Shown one piece after another: positions 13,783 to 24,677 of a DNA stretch of 64,000 nt; the stretch's first letter is position 1, and every line of letters starts with the position of its first letter. The notes beneath the pieces were generated by a model. The model had not been told where the DNA came from and did not search any database. It saw only the letters and a list, made by a program, of their open reading frames with translations. Location: positions 2,666,001 to 2,730,000 of the forward strand of contig SMSO01000034.1 in NCBI GenBank assembly GCA_004764695.1, in the 5' to 3' direction. The DNA is from Schizochytrium sp. TIO01. Its lineage: Eukaryota > Protista > Bigyra: Labyrinthulomycetes. The position numbers and the translations under genes are program-made.

Positions 13783-14223
13783 CTATTGATTATTTTCTTC
13801 AGCGTTAAGCTCTTCGACTCGGTTCTCAATCGCAGTGTGCAGCATCTTGATCCTCTCGCTGAGCTGATTAGCCCTCTTGGTGAGTTCTCTCCTCTTCTCG
13901 CGAGCTTCTTTCTGGGCCGAAACAAGGTCCTCCACCAGCACAGAGTCCACGCCATGCATTTGCAGTTTGTCCACCTGACCGTTCATGAGTGCCAATTGAT
14001 CCTTGATCTGCAGTACAAGATTCATTTCAGGGCCTTCAGATGCCTTGACCACCAAGGTCTTGAACTGTTCCTCAAGGCCACTCAGTTGCACCTCGAGGGA
14101 GCTCAGTTTGTCCAGGGCGGCCGAGCTACGGGCACTTTGCTGTCGCCGCAGAGGGCTTTGCTCAGATTTAGTTGTGCTCTTGGCAGCGCTCAGGCTCGCG
14201 TCCGCGTTCATGCTCATGTTCAT
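13783..14223 (-). CDS. Small helical protein, probably BAG-domain-like co-chaperone
   Basis: 146-aa ATG ORF with coding-like composition. Three amphipathic helices with GVDSV...EAREKRRELTKRANQL resembling the BAG 'LDsv...R..RK..v' signature. Confidence 0.55.
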   Translation of the reverse strand: MNMSMNADASLSAAKSTTKSEQSPLRRQQSARSSAALDKLSSLEVQLSGLEEQFKTLVVKASEGPEMNLVLQIKDQLALMNGQVDKLQMHGVDSVLVEDLVSAQKEAREKRRELTKRANQLSERIKMLHTAIENRVEELNAEENNQ

Positions 14224-15151
14224 GGTGGCGTTTGAGTTCTCTGCTTGAGACGCCGGTCCTGCGCTGGCGCCGGCCGGCTGGGAACTTGTGCAGCCAATCT
14301 TTCCTGCTGCAAAGGCTTCGGGAGTGTTGCTTTGAGAGAAGCTCGAGTTGGAGTTATTGCAGACACCAAGAAGAAAAGTTGGAGTTGGTTATTGCCGCGG
14401 TGCCGATTCTCAACCTCCCTTTCGAGGAGATGAGAACGTGCTTTGCAAGAGGGGGGGAGATGACGACAGGAGGGGCTCGCTGGGTATCGAGGCGAACGGT
14501 GGTCGTGCGAGGTGCACCAATATGTCGCCTAGCTTGAACGTATGTATTCTGTATGCGTTCTCGACGGTGACGGCACTTGACTGACTGACCGAATGGCTGA
14601 AATAACTACCTTTATGGAGAACTAATGTGATGCAAATTGATTCTTTTAGTTGCTTGTCTTTTTAATTGCTAGCACCAGCTAAGGCGCGCCTACCCACTTC
14701 CTACTGCCTACCATGGTACCTCCTTGTTCAAAGGAAGGAAAAAGGAAAATCATATTTGGAAACTTTCGAGGCTATGATTGCCCAAAAGAGAAGAAGAAGT
14801 CCACTCAACTCATCACAACGTCATCAAAACAAACCTGTCAAGACAAGAGACCAACGCCACTTTGTGGCTGCAACAGAGGACTGCTTCTGCCTGCGACGTC
14901 GCGGTGATCGCCCCGCGATTCATTCAATGGCAGCAGCACTTCTCATAAGTTAAAAACTTCTTTATTTCGCAATGAAAAGAAAGAACGAAATGGCTTTGGC
15001 ATAAATAACTTCGCCTTTGCGAATCTTTCAAGACGCCCAAACCGCTGTTGTGCACATGGAGAAGTGGACCAAGCCCGCACGCTCGCTCGATTGCACGACA
15101 CGCTCTGAGGGCCGAGCTTCCACGCCGATCGCGTAGCCTTGCCTGCTTGAG

Positions 15152-15200
<49 letters not shown>
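15152..15200. repeat. (AATC)12 microsatellite
   Basis: Direct read of the tandem tetranucleotide. Confidence 0.95.
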
Positions 15201-17065
15201 GACAGAGCGGACTCCACTGTGATTGGTTTCTCCTCTCAAGTTTCCCAAGTTCTTCTTCTTATTATTATTATTCACAGCTGCAATTGATTAAAGAAGAGGA
15301 CACAGATCGCCGCAGAATCGTAGAAACCAACTCTGCAGAAGGGAACCGGAGGACCTCGAGGTCCACGGGTCGTGGAGAAGGAAGGGCTTGGGCAAGCTAG
15401 AGTTCTTCAACGCTGATGGTTTACTTGGAGTCGAACGAGGAGCGAAGGAGACAATAGAAAGAGAGATGCGAAGTGCTTAGTTTGACTCCATTCTTTTCTA
15501 ATGGTGCTGTACCTTTGCAGTAGGAGTGGATAGTAAGCAGCCTAGCGCAGTGAAGAACTGGAGTAAACTCATCATGGGAAGAGCGAGCTTCATGTCCACG
15601 TGGCTCTGGGCACTCGGAGTGGAGACGAGCCAAGCTGTAGCAACCAGAGAGGCTCCGGAGGAGCACAGAGCGCGATAGTTTACTTCGCAAGCTAGCTTGC
15701 AGAGACCGGCCTGTATAAAGTGGACGCCGGAGCTGGTCTTCTGCACTTTCCTTTTCATTCCCTTGACTATGTGCTAGTAGTGTTAGAGTAATAATAATTA
15801 TTATTTATTGATTGTTTTGGTGTATTTGGGTGCAAGGAGAGACGATTCATTGTGATGATTGGCAATTTGGTATCTGACTTCTCCTTTACCCTCCATGAGA
15901 GGATTGTTACCATACCTGGCACCTGCAATGCTGACTGTGCAACCTGTTCTCTCTTTGGCTCAATCCATTAAAGTCATTCTTCATCCAAATCAAACTCGTT
16001 CGATGCAGGAAGATCTCTTCAACCAATTAGTGTAGAGCGAAGAGCCATGAAAGAGTGGAACTCGGGTATACAGCGGCTCAAGAATGGTTTCACTGCACAA
16101 GGCATAGAGAACACCGAACAAAGAGACCCCAGTTCCTCTTCATAAGTGGCGCTCGCAGATTCTCGATAACCCGAAGGTTCGAATCGATGATGCATCGAAT
16201 AAGAAGAATCCCAGAGAAGCGCGTGCAGAGGAATGTGTGTACGAGCGGTCAGCCAGTCTTGAGGTAGCTTTGAAAGAGGGTTTTATCCGTTACATTTGGT
16301 ACCTGCTCACGACTTAGTATATATCAACTTTAACAAGAAGGGCCGACTACTTTCATATTTTTATGCATTAGTGTAAATACTCTTACACAGAACTGATCCG
16401 AGGTAGGTATTGATACATTATGTGAGAAGGTCTGTAGGCAGGGAGCGTATGTCCGAAATGCTTTACAAGAGAAAAGGTGATACTACTAGACATGTCTTCA
16501 CAAATGGCAACTTAAAACCGAACAATTCTGAACGAGTCCGAGTAGATGTCAAATCCAGAAGCTATAAATATGGGCTGGTTTCGATATTTACAAGTACTTG
16601 CACATTCGTTTCTAAAGGTGAATAAAAATGCTTGGGACAAAGATTTCATAAGAATTCGATGTTTCATTGCTCATACATCCACCAAGTCACCCCTCGGCCA
16701 TAATACAAATATTTCATCAGTTATGTCTAAAACCAAAGAGCAAGTCTAAGTCTCAGGGCTAAATTAAGATACTAAGTTGTTGTGTTGTCTACACTGCAAC
16801 ATAGGAAGGTTTATTTAATCAATAACAGTGCAAAAACAGCACCCCTATTACTATTGACGCCTTTCCACGATCATTAAATCCCTCGCAAAGTATACATCCT
16901 TAATATCTCATATCCACTCTTCGATTTTGCTTGCTCTCTTCCAGTGAATTTCAGACAAGCGACGTTGCAAAGCAGGGAACCGAAGTAGTAGTAGATGCTG
17001 TGGAAGCGAAGAGTTTTAAAAGGTCCAATGTACGGGAAAACAGGCCTATATGGAGTCTTCAAAAC

Positions 17066-17108
17066 AGGTACCGGTACCTACAAGGTCCGGTTTCCAGTAC
17101 CGGTACTG
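17066..17108. promoter_or_regulatory. Pair of perfect 14-bp palindromes with shared core GTACCGGTAC upstream of PSMA2 (putative cis-element)
   Basis: AGGTACCGGTACCT at 17066-17079 and CAGTACCGGTACTG at 17095-17108. Regulatory function is inferred only. Confidence 0.3.
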
Positions 17109-17649
17109 ATGGAGGAAGGCGAGCGAAGCTGCGTAGGTCCCATCTAGATAAAACGGTAGGGATGCCCTAAGAAGGGAGCGAATGCGGAGAAGCGAAGAAG
17201 AAGGCAATCCCGATCCTTTGTTATAGATATAAAGAGAGAGACAGAGCAAACCCAATCGAGGCAGACTTGACGCGCGAGGCTCGACAGCTTTGTGCGGAGG
17301 ACTTTCTCTTGATCTGGCGCGAACGGAGCGTCAGTTCTTACTTCGTACGTGGAGACTTTCATCTTGAAACTAGAACGGCAGAGCGGGTGTGAGATATAGT
17401 ATATCTGTCTGCGCAGAGCAGAGAGCGAATCGCGACGAACGTTGGCGATTCGTTCGCTCGTTCCTCTGCTTGCGGAGTCTCGCTTGGGCAAAACTGAGCT
17501 GGAAAACTATCAACCAGAACCAAACACGATCGATAGCAGGATCCCTAACTTTGCTTTGTGCTTACTTTGCTTTGTGCTGACCTTTTAACGTGCGTTGATT
17601 TAGACAAATAAACCAAAACTAGAACAGTAATCGATCAATTGAGATCAAG

Positions 17650-18357
17650 ATGGGCGACGGCGCGTATTCGTTTAGTTTGACAACCTTCAGCCCTACGGGT
17701 AAGCTCCTGCAAATTGAGCATGCTCTTAATGCGGTGAACAAGCGTGGCAAGACCTCGCTTGGTATTCGTGCCACTAACGGTGTGGTGCTTGCCACCTCTA
17801 AGAAGGTGCCTGCTCTCGTGGACCTTAACAACTTTCAGAAGGTAAACAACGTTACTGATGGCATCGGTATGGTCTACGCCGGTATGGGTCCTGATTTCCG
17901 TCTCTTGCTAAAGCGCGCACGAAAGCAGGCACAAACGTACTACCGTCAGTACTTGGACCAGGTGCCAACTGAGCAACTCACACGCATGACCGCCCAGATC
18001 ATGCAAGAATTCACCCAGCAGGGTGGTGTGCGCCCCTTTGGTGTTTCACTCCTGATTGCTGGCTATGATGATGATGGTCCTCAGCTCTACCAGGCTGATC
18101 CTTCTGGTGCCTTTTTCGGCTGGAAGGCGACCGCCATTGGCCAGGACTTTGTCAATGCCAAGACTTTTCTGGAGAAGCGCTTTAGCGATGACATGGAACT
18201 CGAAGACGCCATCCACACCGCTTTGTTGACTATGCGTGAGGGCTTTGAGGGCGAGATGACCGAGCACAACATCGAGATTGGTATCATCGATGAATCTCGC
18301 AAGTTCCGTGTTCTTACCCCTGCCGAGGTCCGCGACTACCTCGACGAGACCGAGTAA
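17650..18357 (+). CDS. PSMA2: 20S proteasome subunit alpha type-2
   Basis: [67 protein letters not shown]; 235 aa. Confidence 0.97.
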   Translation: MGDGAYSFSLTTFSPTGKLLQIEHALNAVNKRGKTSLGIRATNGVVLATSKKVPALVDLNNFQKVNNVTDGIGMVYAGMGPDFRLLLKRARKQAQTYYRQYLDQVPTEQLTRMTAQIMQEFTQQGGVRPFGVSLLIAGYDDDGPQLYQADPSGAFFGWKATAIGQDFVNAKTFLEKRFSDDMELEDAIHTALLTMREGFEGEMTEHNIEIGIIDESRKFRVLTPAEVRDYLDETE

Positions 18358-21300
18358 ATAGCAAGTGCCGCATACTACCATTGTTGATTTTCTTTCACTT
18401 CTACCACTCTTCTTTCAGCACAGCACCAGCGGGGTAGCACTTCGATCTTTTTTCTCCTCCGGAATCCCATTGTATTCATTGTGGATTTGTGATTTCTTTC
18501 GATGCCGCTACAATTGCTGTCCTTGCTGTATGTTGCTTAATTAATCTCTATCCCCTCCAATGTCCATATCCATCTCCTCCATTTGCCGGTTCTCGTACAT
18601 ATGCATGATTTCTATGCCAACGGCTTGACTTGTGTTCCCTTCTTGTTCCTTAAATTTTCCTTCAAGAAGGAAGAAGACTTCAGGCAATCATGTTTTATCT
18701 TTCTACTTGAAATGCGAAAGAACCGTCAAAAGTTTGCTCATAGAATCCTCCCATTTCCGTGAACTTCTTGCTAGATGCCGGTTCCTATGTTCACACAATC
18801 TCAAAATTAGAGATCACTTCTTGTGTATGAAACGAAATTTCTCTTGCTGACACGCAAATATAAACCAAACTCCAAGACTTTGCTTCATATATATGTACAA
18901 TCCACGATCTAATTTATAGAGATTGCTTTCCTCGAGCCAGCCTGCATGTTCACGAGCAGAATAATGACGTTATACCTTCTGCTATCGCTTCTTGATTTAA
19001 AATCGAGTGATCCAGCAAACATGCAAACCCACTCAAATCTTGAAACGAAGAAGTACCTGGCTACAATAGATACTAGTGTTACAGTATTCCTAATAGAAAG
19101 TTTGTTCACCTCGGGCCGATGTTAGAGAACTCTAGTTATCCTCTTGTTACAGGCCTAGGTATCGCACTTTCCCCTTTCAGGGAAGGGGAGATTGAAACGA
19201 GCGTGCTCGCGCCTGCCATAATAATGATCTCTTTTTCTTCATATGATTGCCAAACCTGCCTTAAAAGTAATAGTAACGCCACATCCTTCCTCCCTTCATT
19301 TTAATTGAAGTGGTGTGCACTTGGGCTCGGAGATCTTTGACTTCATTACCTTCAGACTTTAATCGTCAGCTCTGCACACTGCTCACAACAATGGCGCCGT
19401 GGATTCAGGAAGCCTAAATAGCTACACGAGTTTCCAGAGCATGGACCTCTTCACATTTCTCAATCCAGCTCGCAAGGCGATAATTAAACATCCAAAGCTG
19501 CATGTCTACAGTGCAACTTGACAAGACGTTACTTCACAGGTGTTTTGCAAAATTTGCTCAGCACATTTACGCTGGTTAAAGCACACACTTCCACGTTGAC
19601 TGTTTCCATGGCAAAATGATTATATCGGAGACGCCATCTTTGATAAAGACGCCACCAAACCCTAATCAGCGATCCGGCGAAGGAACTCTTGTCAACAAGG
19701 CGCTGAACGAATCCTCTTTGGTCTTTTATTCTTCACAAGCCACAGCCATTGGGTAGCACTGTAAAGATAGAAATCCAACTTACTCGTGCGTACATACATT
19801 CTCCCTGTCTGCACAAACATGTACATAGCCAACCTCTCTCAAGCTTGCATTCCCTCAATATCCTCCATGAGTGGAAGGGTCTTTATTGCCAAAGTATTGC
19901 GTATCGATAATCACTACTTTTGGAAATCCGATCGTAGGCGCACGCCAAGAGCAGGGGCGCACGCCTTCGAAACTGCTCGTACTTAGAAGTACCCAGCAAA
20001 AATTGTGCCGCTTTCTAAAGTTATAATCATACAAGGTGATGATGGCGGTTCCATACGTCAAGGGTTCCTCTTTGGGGTGGCTTCTATGGCGTGGGTTCAG
20101 AATCGTAAGAGACAAGGGAGGCGGCTTGTGCAGACGATGACTTCGGACCCACTTGTGGTCCCCATATATATTTACCTTCTTTTTCTTTTTCTTTTTCTTT
20201 TTTTCAATAGTGTTTCTTGAAAGGCCATGAGACCAAGGCCGACACTATTGCGGCGAGGCAGAGCGTAGTAGCTAGGTACCAGTGTTGCTGGCAATGATCA
20301 AAGAATCGTCCTGTACATGGACCAACCACCTTGAAGTTTGATCGCTATGCTGCAGTTGTGCCAATAACATGATGCTTCGAAAATGAAGGATTATGTAGTA
20401 GGTACATTGAAAAGTAAGTATCTAGGTAGTAGTAATAGTAGTAGTAGTTAGGTAGGTTGGTACCTAGGAGGTACGAGCAGAACTCACCAGAACTTCATTC
20501 AAAACTGTGGCTGCCACTCAGAACGGGCAAACGCAACCTGTATGCGGGTGCCATGGAACAGTTGTCTTGGTGCTCTCGTCTAGAAAATTATTTGTAGAAA
20601 GGCAATGGCCAAGCTGATCGATACCTCAAAGACTCGGACTAAATGAATTAACTCGAAAACGTTCTATACTAGTTGAGAAACGAGAATTTTTTTTTTTTCT
20701 CCTTCATGCTTACCAGTGTCCAGGGCTCCTCTTTTTGCCGCTTGACCATAGAACCATGGTGTCCATGGTGTGTACGAGGCTGGAGACCCGACAAATGTTA
20801 TGAAATTGAACAATTTTGTGCTTCAAGTTCGGCTGATCAGGTTGCCGATGGTTCTTGATTATGAGTGCCCAAGATGTGTGTATAGAGATTGTCGATCGAG
20901 CGAGGGCACTCATCTTTTTTTTTTTTCCTATTTTAATTCTTTTCTTGTTCTCAATAACAACGTGGGATAATTATCATGTACACGAAGAGATCTTCCCTTA
21001 CTTTGTGACTAAACAAAATTTTATTTGTAGTGAGATGGCATCACAGTTTATTGCGATATTGATAAAGGCAAGTCACCTCTACTTTTAAGTTTTTGGTAGC
21101 TCTTTATCGATATCAATTTTGCATGGTTTGGAGACTTCTTTCAGTATTACATTTCGCTCCATCGGCGCTGATCCAAAGCCCAACTCATAAATTTCACGCA
21201 TTCGTCAGGGACACTTGACGCTGATTGTCCTGCTTTTGTAGCTCTTTGGAGGCGATCAGCACCTCCAGTTGTAATCATACCAGTTCTACAACGTTTAGTC

Positions 21301-22273
21301 TACGTCATAATTTAGAAAGATAAGAATGCACTTTGGGCACTCTATTGATAACATATTCTTGGCAATATCTAGCAATGAGTTGAGCTAATGCAAATCTGAA
21401 GATGAGCTGTGCATGACTGCCTCACTGGAGTAGGGGTGATTAAATAAATTGCAGGGATCTTTAGCAGCCCACGCAAGTACCTAGGTAGTGGGGCAAAGTT
21501 TAAGTTCCGATTTATATTTAATTAAAAATATATATATATAATTTATTCTATAAAAAGGTGGCCACTGGAGTTCCAGCTTGCAAGAACGATAACAAGCTTC
21601 CTTCCGACTGACTGACTGACTGAATGCATCATGAAAATGCATTATGATATTTATGACCATCATAATGTGATTCCATGGTTTTAGTTCATGAAGCTTTTAT
21701 CAAACCCGATATCATCTAGTAGCTAACCCTGCCTGATCGTCAAGTGACCACCTCTTACACTCATAACTGTTTTCAAAAGACAGCGGAAGAGAAGAGAAGA
21801 GACAGAAAAGAAAAGAAAAAGAAAATAGAGAGGGAGGATGTGTGCAAACATGCACGCGCCGGAGAGAAAGAAAATAAAAAATGAAAACCAAAAGTTAAAA
21901 GGAGGGAACTTACCTAAAGGTTTAGATGCAGACCTGAAAGACTCTTGGAGCAAAGATTCTTAGCCGCCTTGGAGGGCCAACCCCAAATACCAAACGTGAT
22001 AGCTGTACTAGGTGCAAGGCTTCGAGTAGTGGAACTTATAGTATTAGTAGCACTTTAAAAGTTTTTAGTCGCTCACAGGACTTGTAAACTATTTGGGTGT
22101 GTTCAACAAGTGCACGAGCGAGCGAGCGAGAGTCCACAGTCTCACCAAGTAAACCCCAGCAAGACCAACAATCACCCTTCTTGCATCCTTCACAGTAAGC
22201 AAAGGCTCCGCAGCTTGCAGTTTCTCGGATAGCTGGAGCTCTCAGTAAGCAGAGCCTGGCACTTGCCGTCACC

Positions 22274-24262
22274 ATGGACCCAGTTATCCGCCTGCGCAAG
22301 GGCGAAGTGGTCCAGATGGAGGGCTGGCTGCTTAAGAAACGCGCCGGAGTGGACCTTGAAGACGAAATCGAGGAGACTGAGGCTGATGCCTCGCTAGACT
22401 CCATGCCGGCGTCACTCACACCCTCTGGAAGCAGATTGGAGGCCCTCTTGCTGCGAAGACCTGAACGAAAGCGCTACTTTGTGCTTACCACACAACCTGC
22501 AGATAAGGCGACAGGTCGCGCTCCTCGAGCAATGCTGTTTTACTGTGGACGTAAACCAACGTATGAGAAGGAAGATGAAACAACAAGACCTTCGATAGCA
22601 AAGATGAGTGTGGGCTCGGAAAGCGATCTTAGGCGGTTGGCCAAGAATAACTGGATTGACGAAACAACAAAACCGCAGTGGAATCGTGGATCCATCGTGT
22701 TGACAGACACCACCGAAATCTCATTATTACCAAAGAATGAAATCAAGATCGTTGTACCAGGTAAATCAATCCGAATCAGACCTATGGAGAGGGGCACATC
22801 AGCAGAAACCAAGCTCCTCGCGCGGCAGTGGTTTCAGACCATGCAACGTACGATCAAGGATTTACTTATGTGGGAAACCAAGCAGCACTCCAAGTCAAAT
22901 TTTCAGAGTTTGCACCGCACAGCGTCACAAGTAGAAATGCAAAAGTGTCCAGAGTCCCTTGAGGGTGTTCTGGCATCGCCCACACATCGCCGTCACTTTG
23001 CGCAGTTCTGCGATTTTCGTCATGGTGCCGAGAATCTTACCTTTTACGACAAAGTGGAGGAGTTTGAAGCCAAGATTGATGCAGTTGTGAGCGCATCGTC
23101 ACGTACATCAGCTATGATCAGCTCTAGTAAGAAGCTATTGCGTCGCCTCAGTCAGGCCCGGGTAAACAAGATGCCAAAGGACATTCGCGTTCTTGCACGA
23201 GAGATTCTTAATGACTTCATTGTAGAAAATGCTCCGCAGCAGGTCAACCTCAGTAACTCTGCACGCACCGAAATTGTAAATGCTTTTAAGGAAGAAGGGG
23301 ATGACGCTGTCACTGCAGATCTTTTCACAAAAGCGAAACAGGAGATCTTTTTGCTTATGGAGACCAACTACTTTTTGCGATTCTACCGTGAGGAAATGCG
23401 TAAGACTGGATGTTTTTCGTCACTTTATGGTAATCATGGCCTTTCAGGCTATGAAGCTGTCTTGGGCCATTTTGGTCTTGTCAAAACAGATATGCAACGT
23501 CTTCTTGATGCTTATTCACTTCGTATGGCTCAAGTAGAGGGCGAAGAAAATGCCCTTAAATCTGCTCTCCGCATTTCTCATGATGTTGCAGTAGCATCAC
23601 AACACACCACAAGGCGAGCGCTGCTCACGCTCTATCGTTCTGATGGTATCCGTCTTCAGGCACTTGATGAGTTTCGTCGTCAGCTTGAGGAGAGCGTCGT
23701 TTTCCCACTGACTTGGCTTCAAAAAACGATCGATTTGCAAGTGGAATCTATCATGGATGGAGATAATGAGTACATGCAACGTATTACTGAGGCAAAGGAT
23801 AACCTCGAAAAGGCACGTCACAAAGAACAAGACCTCAAGGTAGTTGCACAATACCGTGATATGGAAGATCTTAATCACCCAGAAATCGACGCTATCCTTA
23901 AGCAGTACAGCGTTGAGCTCGCGAATATCGACGAGGAACTTACCGACGCAAAACAGCGCATCCCGATGTGTGAGATGGCGGTCACCCGAACTCAGCAGCA
24001 ACTGGAAGATCGTATGATTGAATCTTTAGATCAACTCGAAGCACTTGAAATTCACCGCCTTGAAGAGCAGCAGCGTGCCGTCAAGCACGCCATTAATGCA
24101 GAGCATCACGGTTTTGAGGTTTTGCAGAACCATCTTAGTAATGCAAGAGCTGCGTATCTGGCAATGGATGCACCGGCAGATATGCTATCGTTCTCCAAAG
24201 CTTTTGCTGCTAGTCTCGATGTTGATGATGCTGGCTCTACGGCCACTGGGCAAGCCTTGTGA
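22274..24262 (+). CDS. PH domain + RGS domain + F-BAR-like coiled-coil protein
   Basis: PH: MEGWLLKK...KRYFVL...MLFY...ARQWFQTMQ. RGS: LEGVLASP...FAQFC...AENLTFY...NDFIVENAPQQVNLS...LFTKAKQEIFLLMETNYFLRF. C-terminal helical region with FCH/F-BAR-like start (SGYEAVLGH) and end (LEALEIHRL...MDAPADMLSF). Confidence 0.85.
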   Translation: MDPVIRLRKGEVVQMEGWLLKKRAGVDLEDEIEETEADASLDSMPASLTPSGSRLEALLLRRPERKRYFVLTTQPADKATGRAPRAMLFYCGRKPTYEKEDETTRPSIAKMSVGSESDLRRLAKNNWIDETTKPQWNRGSIVLTDTTEISLLPKNEIKIVVPGKSIRIRPMERGTSAETKLLARQWFQTMQRTIKDLLMWETKQHSKSNFQSLHRTASQVEMQKCPESLEGVLASPTHRRHFAQFCDFRHGAENLTFYDKVEEFEAKIDAVVSASSRTSAMISSSKKLLRRLSQARVNKMPKDIRVLAREILNDFIVENAPQQVNLSNSARTEIVNAFKEEGDDAVTADLFTKAKQEIFLLMETNYFLRFYREEMRKTGCFSSLYGNHGLSGYEAVLGHFGLVKTDMQRLLDAYSLRMAQVEGEENALKSALRISHDVAVASQHTTRRALLTLYRSDGIRLQALDEFRRQLEESVVFPLTWLQKTIDLQVESIMDGDNEYMQRITEAKDNLEKARHKEQDLKVVAQYRDMEDLNHPEIDAILKQYSVELANIDEELTDAKQRIPMCEMAVTRTQQQLEDRMIESLDQLEALEIHRLEEQQRAVKHAINAEHHGFEVLQNHLSNARAAYLAMDAPADMLSFSKAFAASLDVDDAGSTATGQAL

Positions 24263-24677
24263 ATATAATCAACTATGATGCACAGCAAATCAAATAATTG
24301 CTTTCAAGTATCATCATATCGTAACCTCTATCTAGTATCTCTTTAGCGCATCTAATACTGAGAATATCACATTATGTACTTCTGAATGGACACAGAAAAA
24401 ACTAATGAAAGTGCATATAACCCTTTTGCTAACCAAGTGAAGGCTTGAAAATGATGGGCGACCTACCTTGAATAGCGCATGTTTTTGGTGTTGATAAATT
24501 TTTCTAAATACTACATTTATTAATTAGAGAACCCCAGCCACAGGTATAATGACGCGGCTGATGATGATTAGCTTCTTGAAGACAGAAGATCCATCAAAAT
24601 CGAAGTAATCAAGGTAAAGCTAAGATTTTGATTTGTTTGTGAGATTTTAGGGACTTGTTCAGTTCGCAAAGTAGGAT

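Noticed and set aside
15852-15934. C/D snoRNA-like box arrangement (GTGATGA...CTGA...CTGA)
   Set aside because: No terminal stem and no convincing rRNA-complementary guide of 10 nt or more adjacent to the D or D' box.
17144-17491. 115-aa minus-strand ORF divergent from PSMA2
   Set aside because: TTG start and no motifs; it overlaps the probable PSMA2 promoter and 5'-UTR intron.
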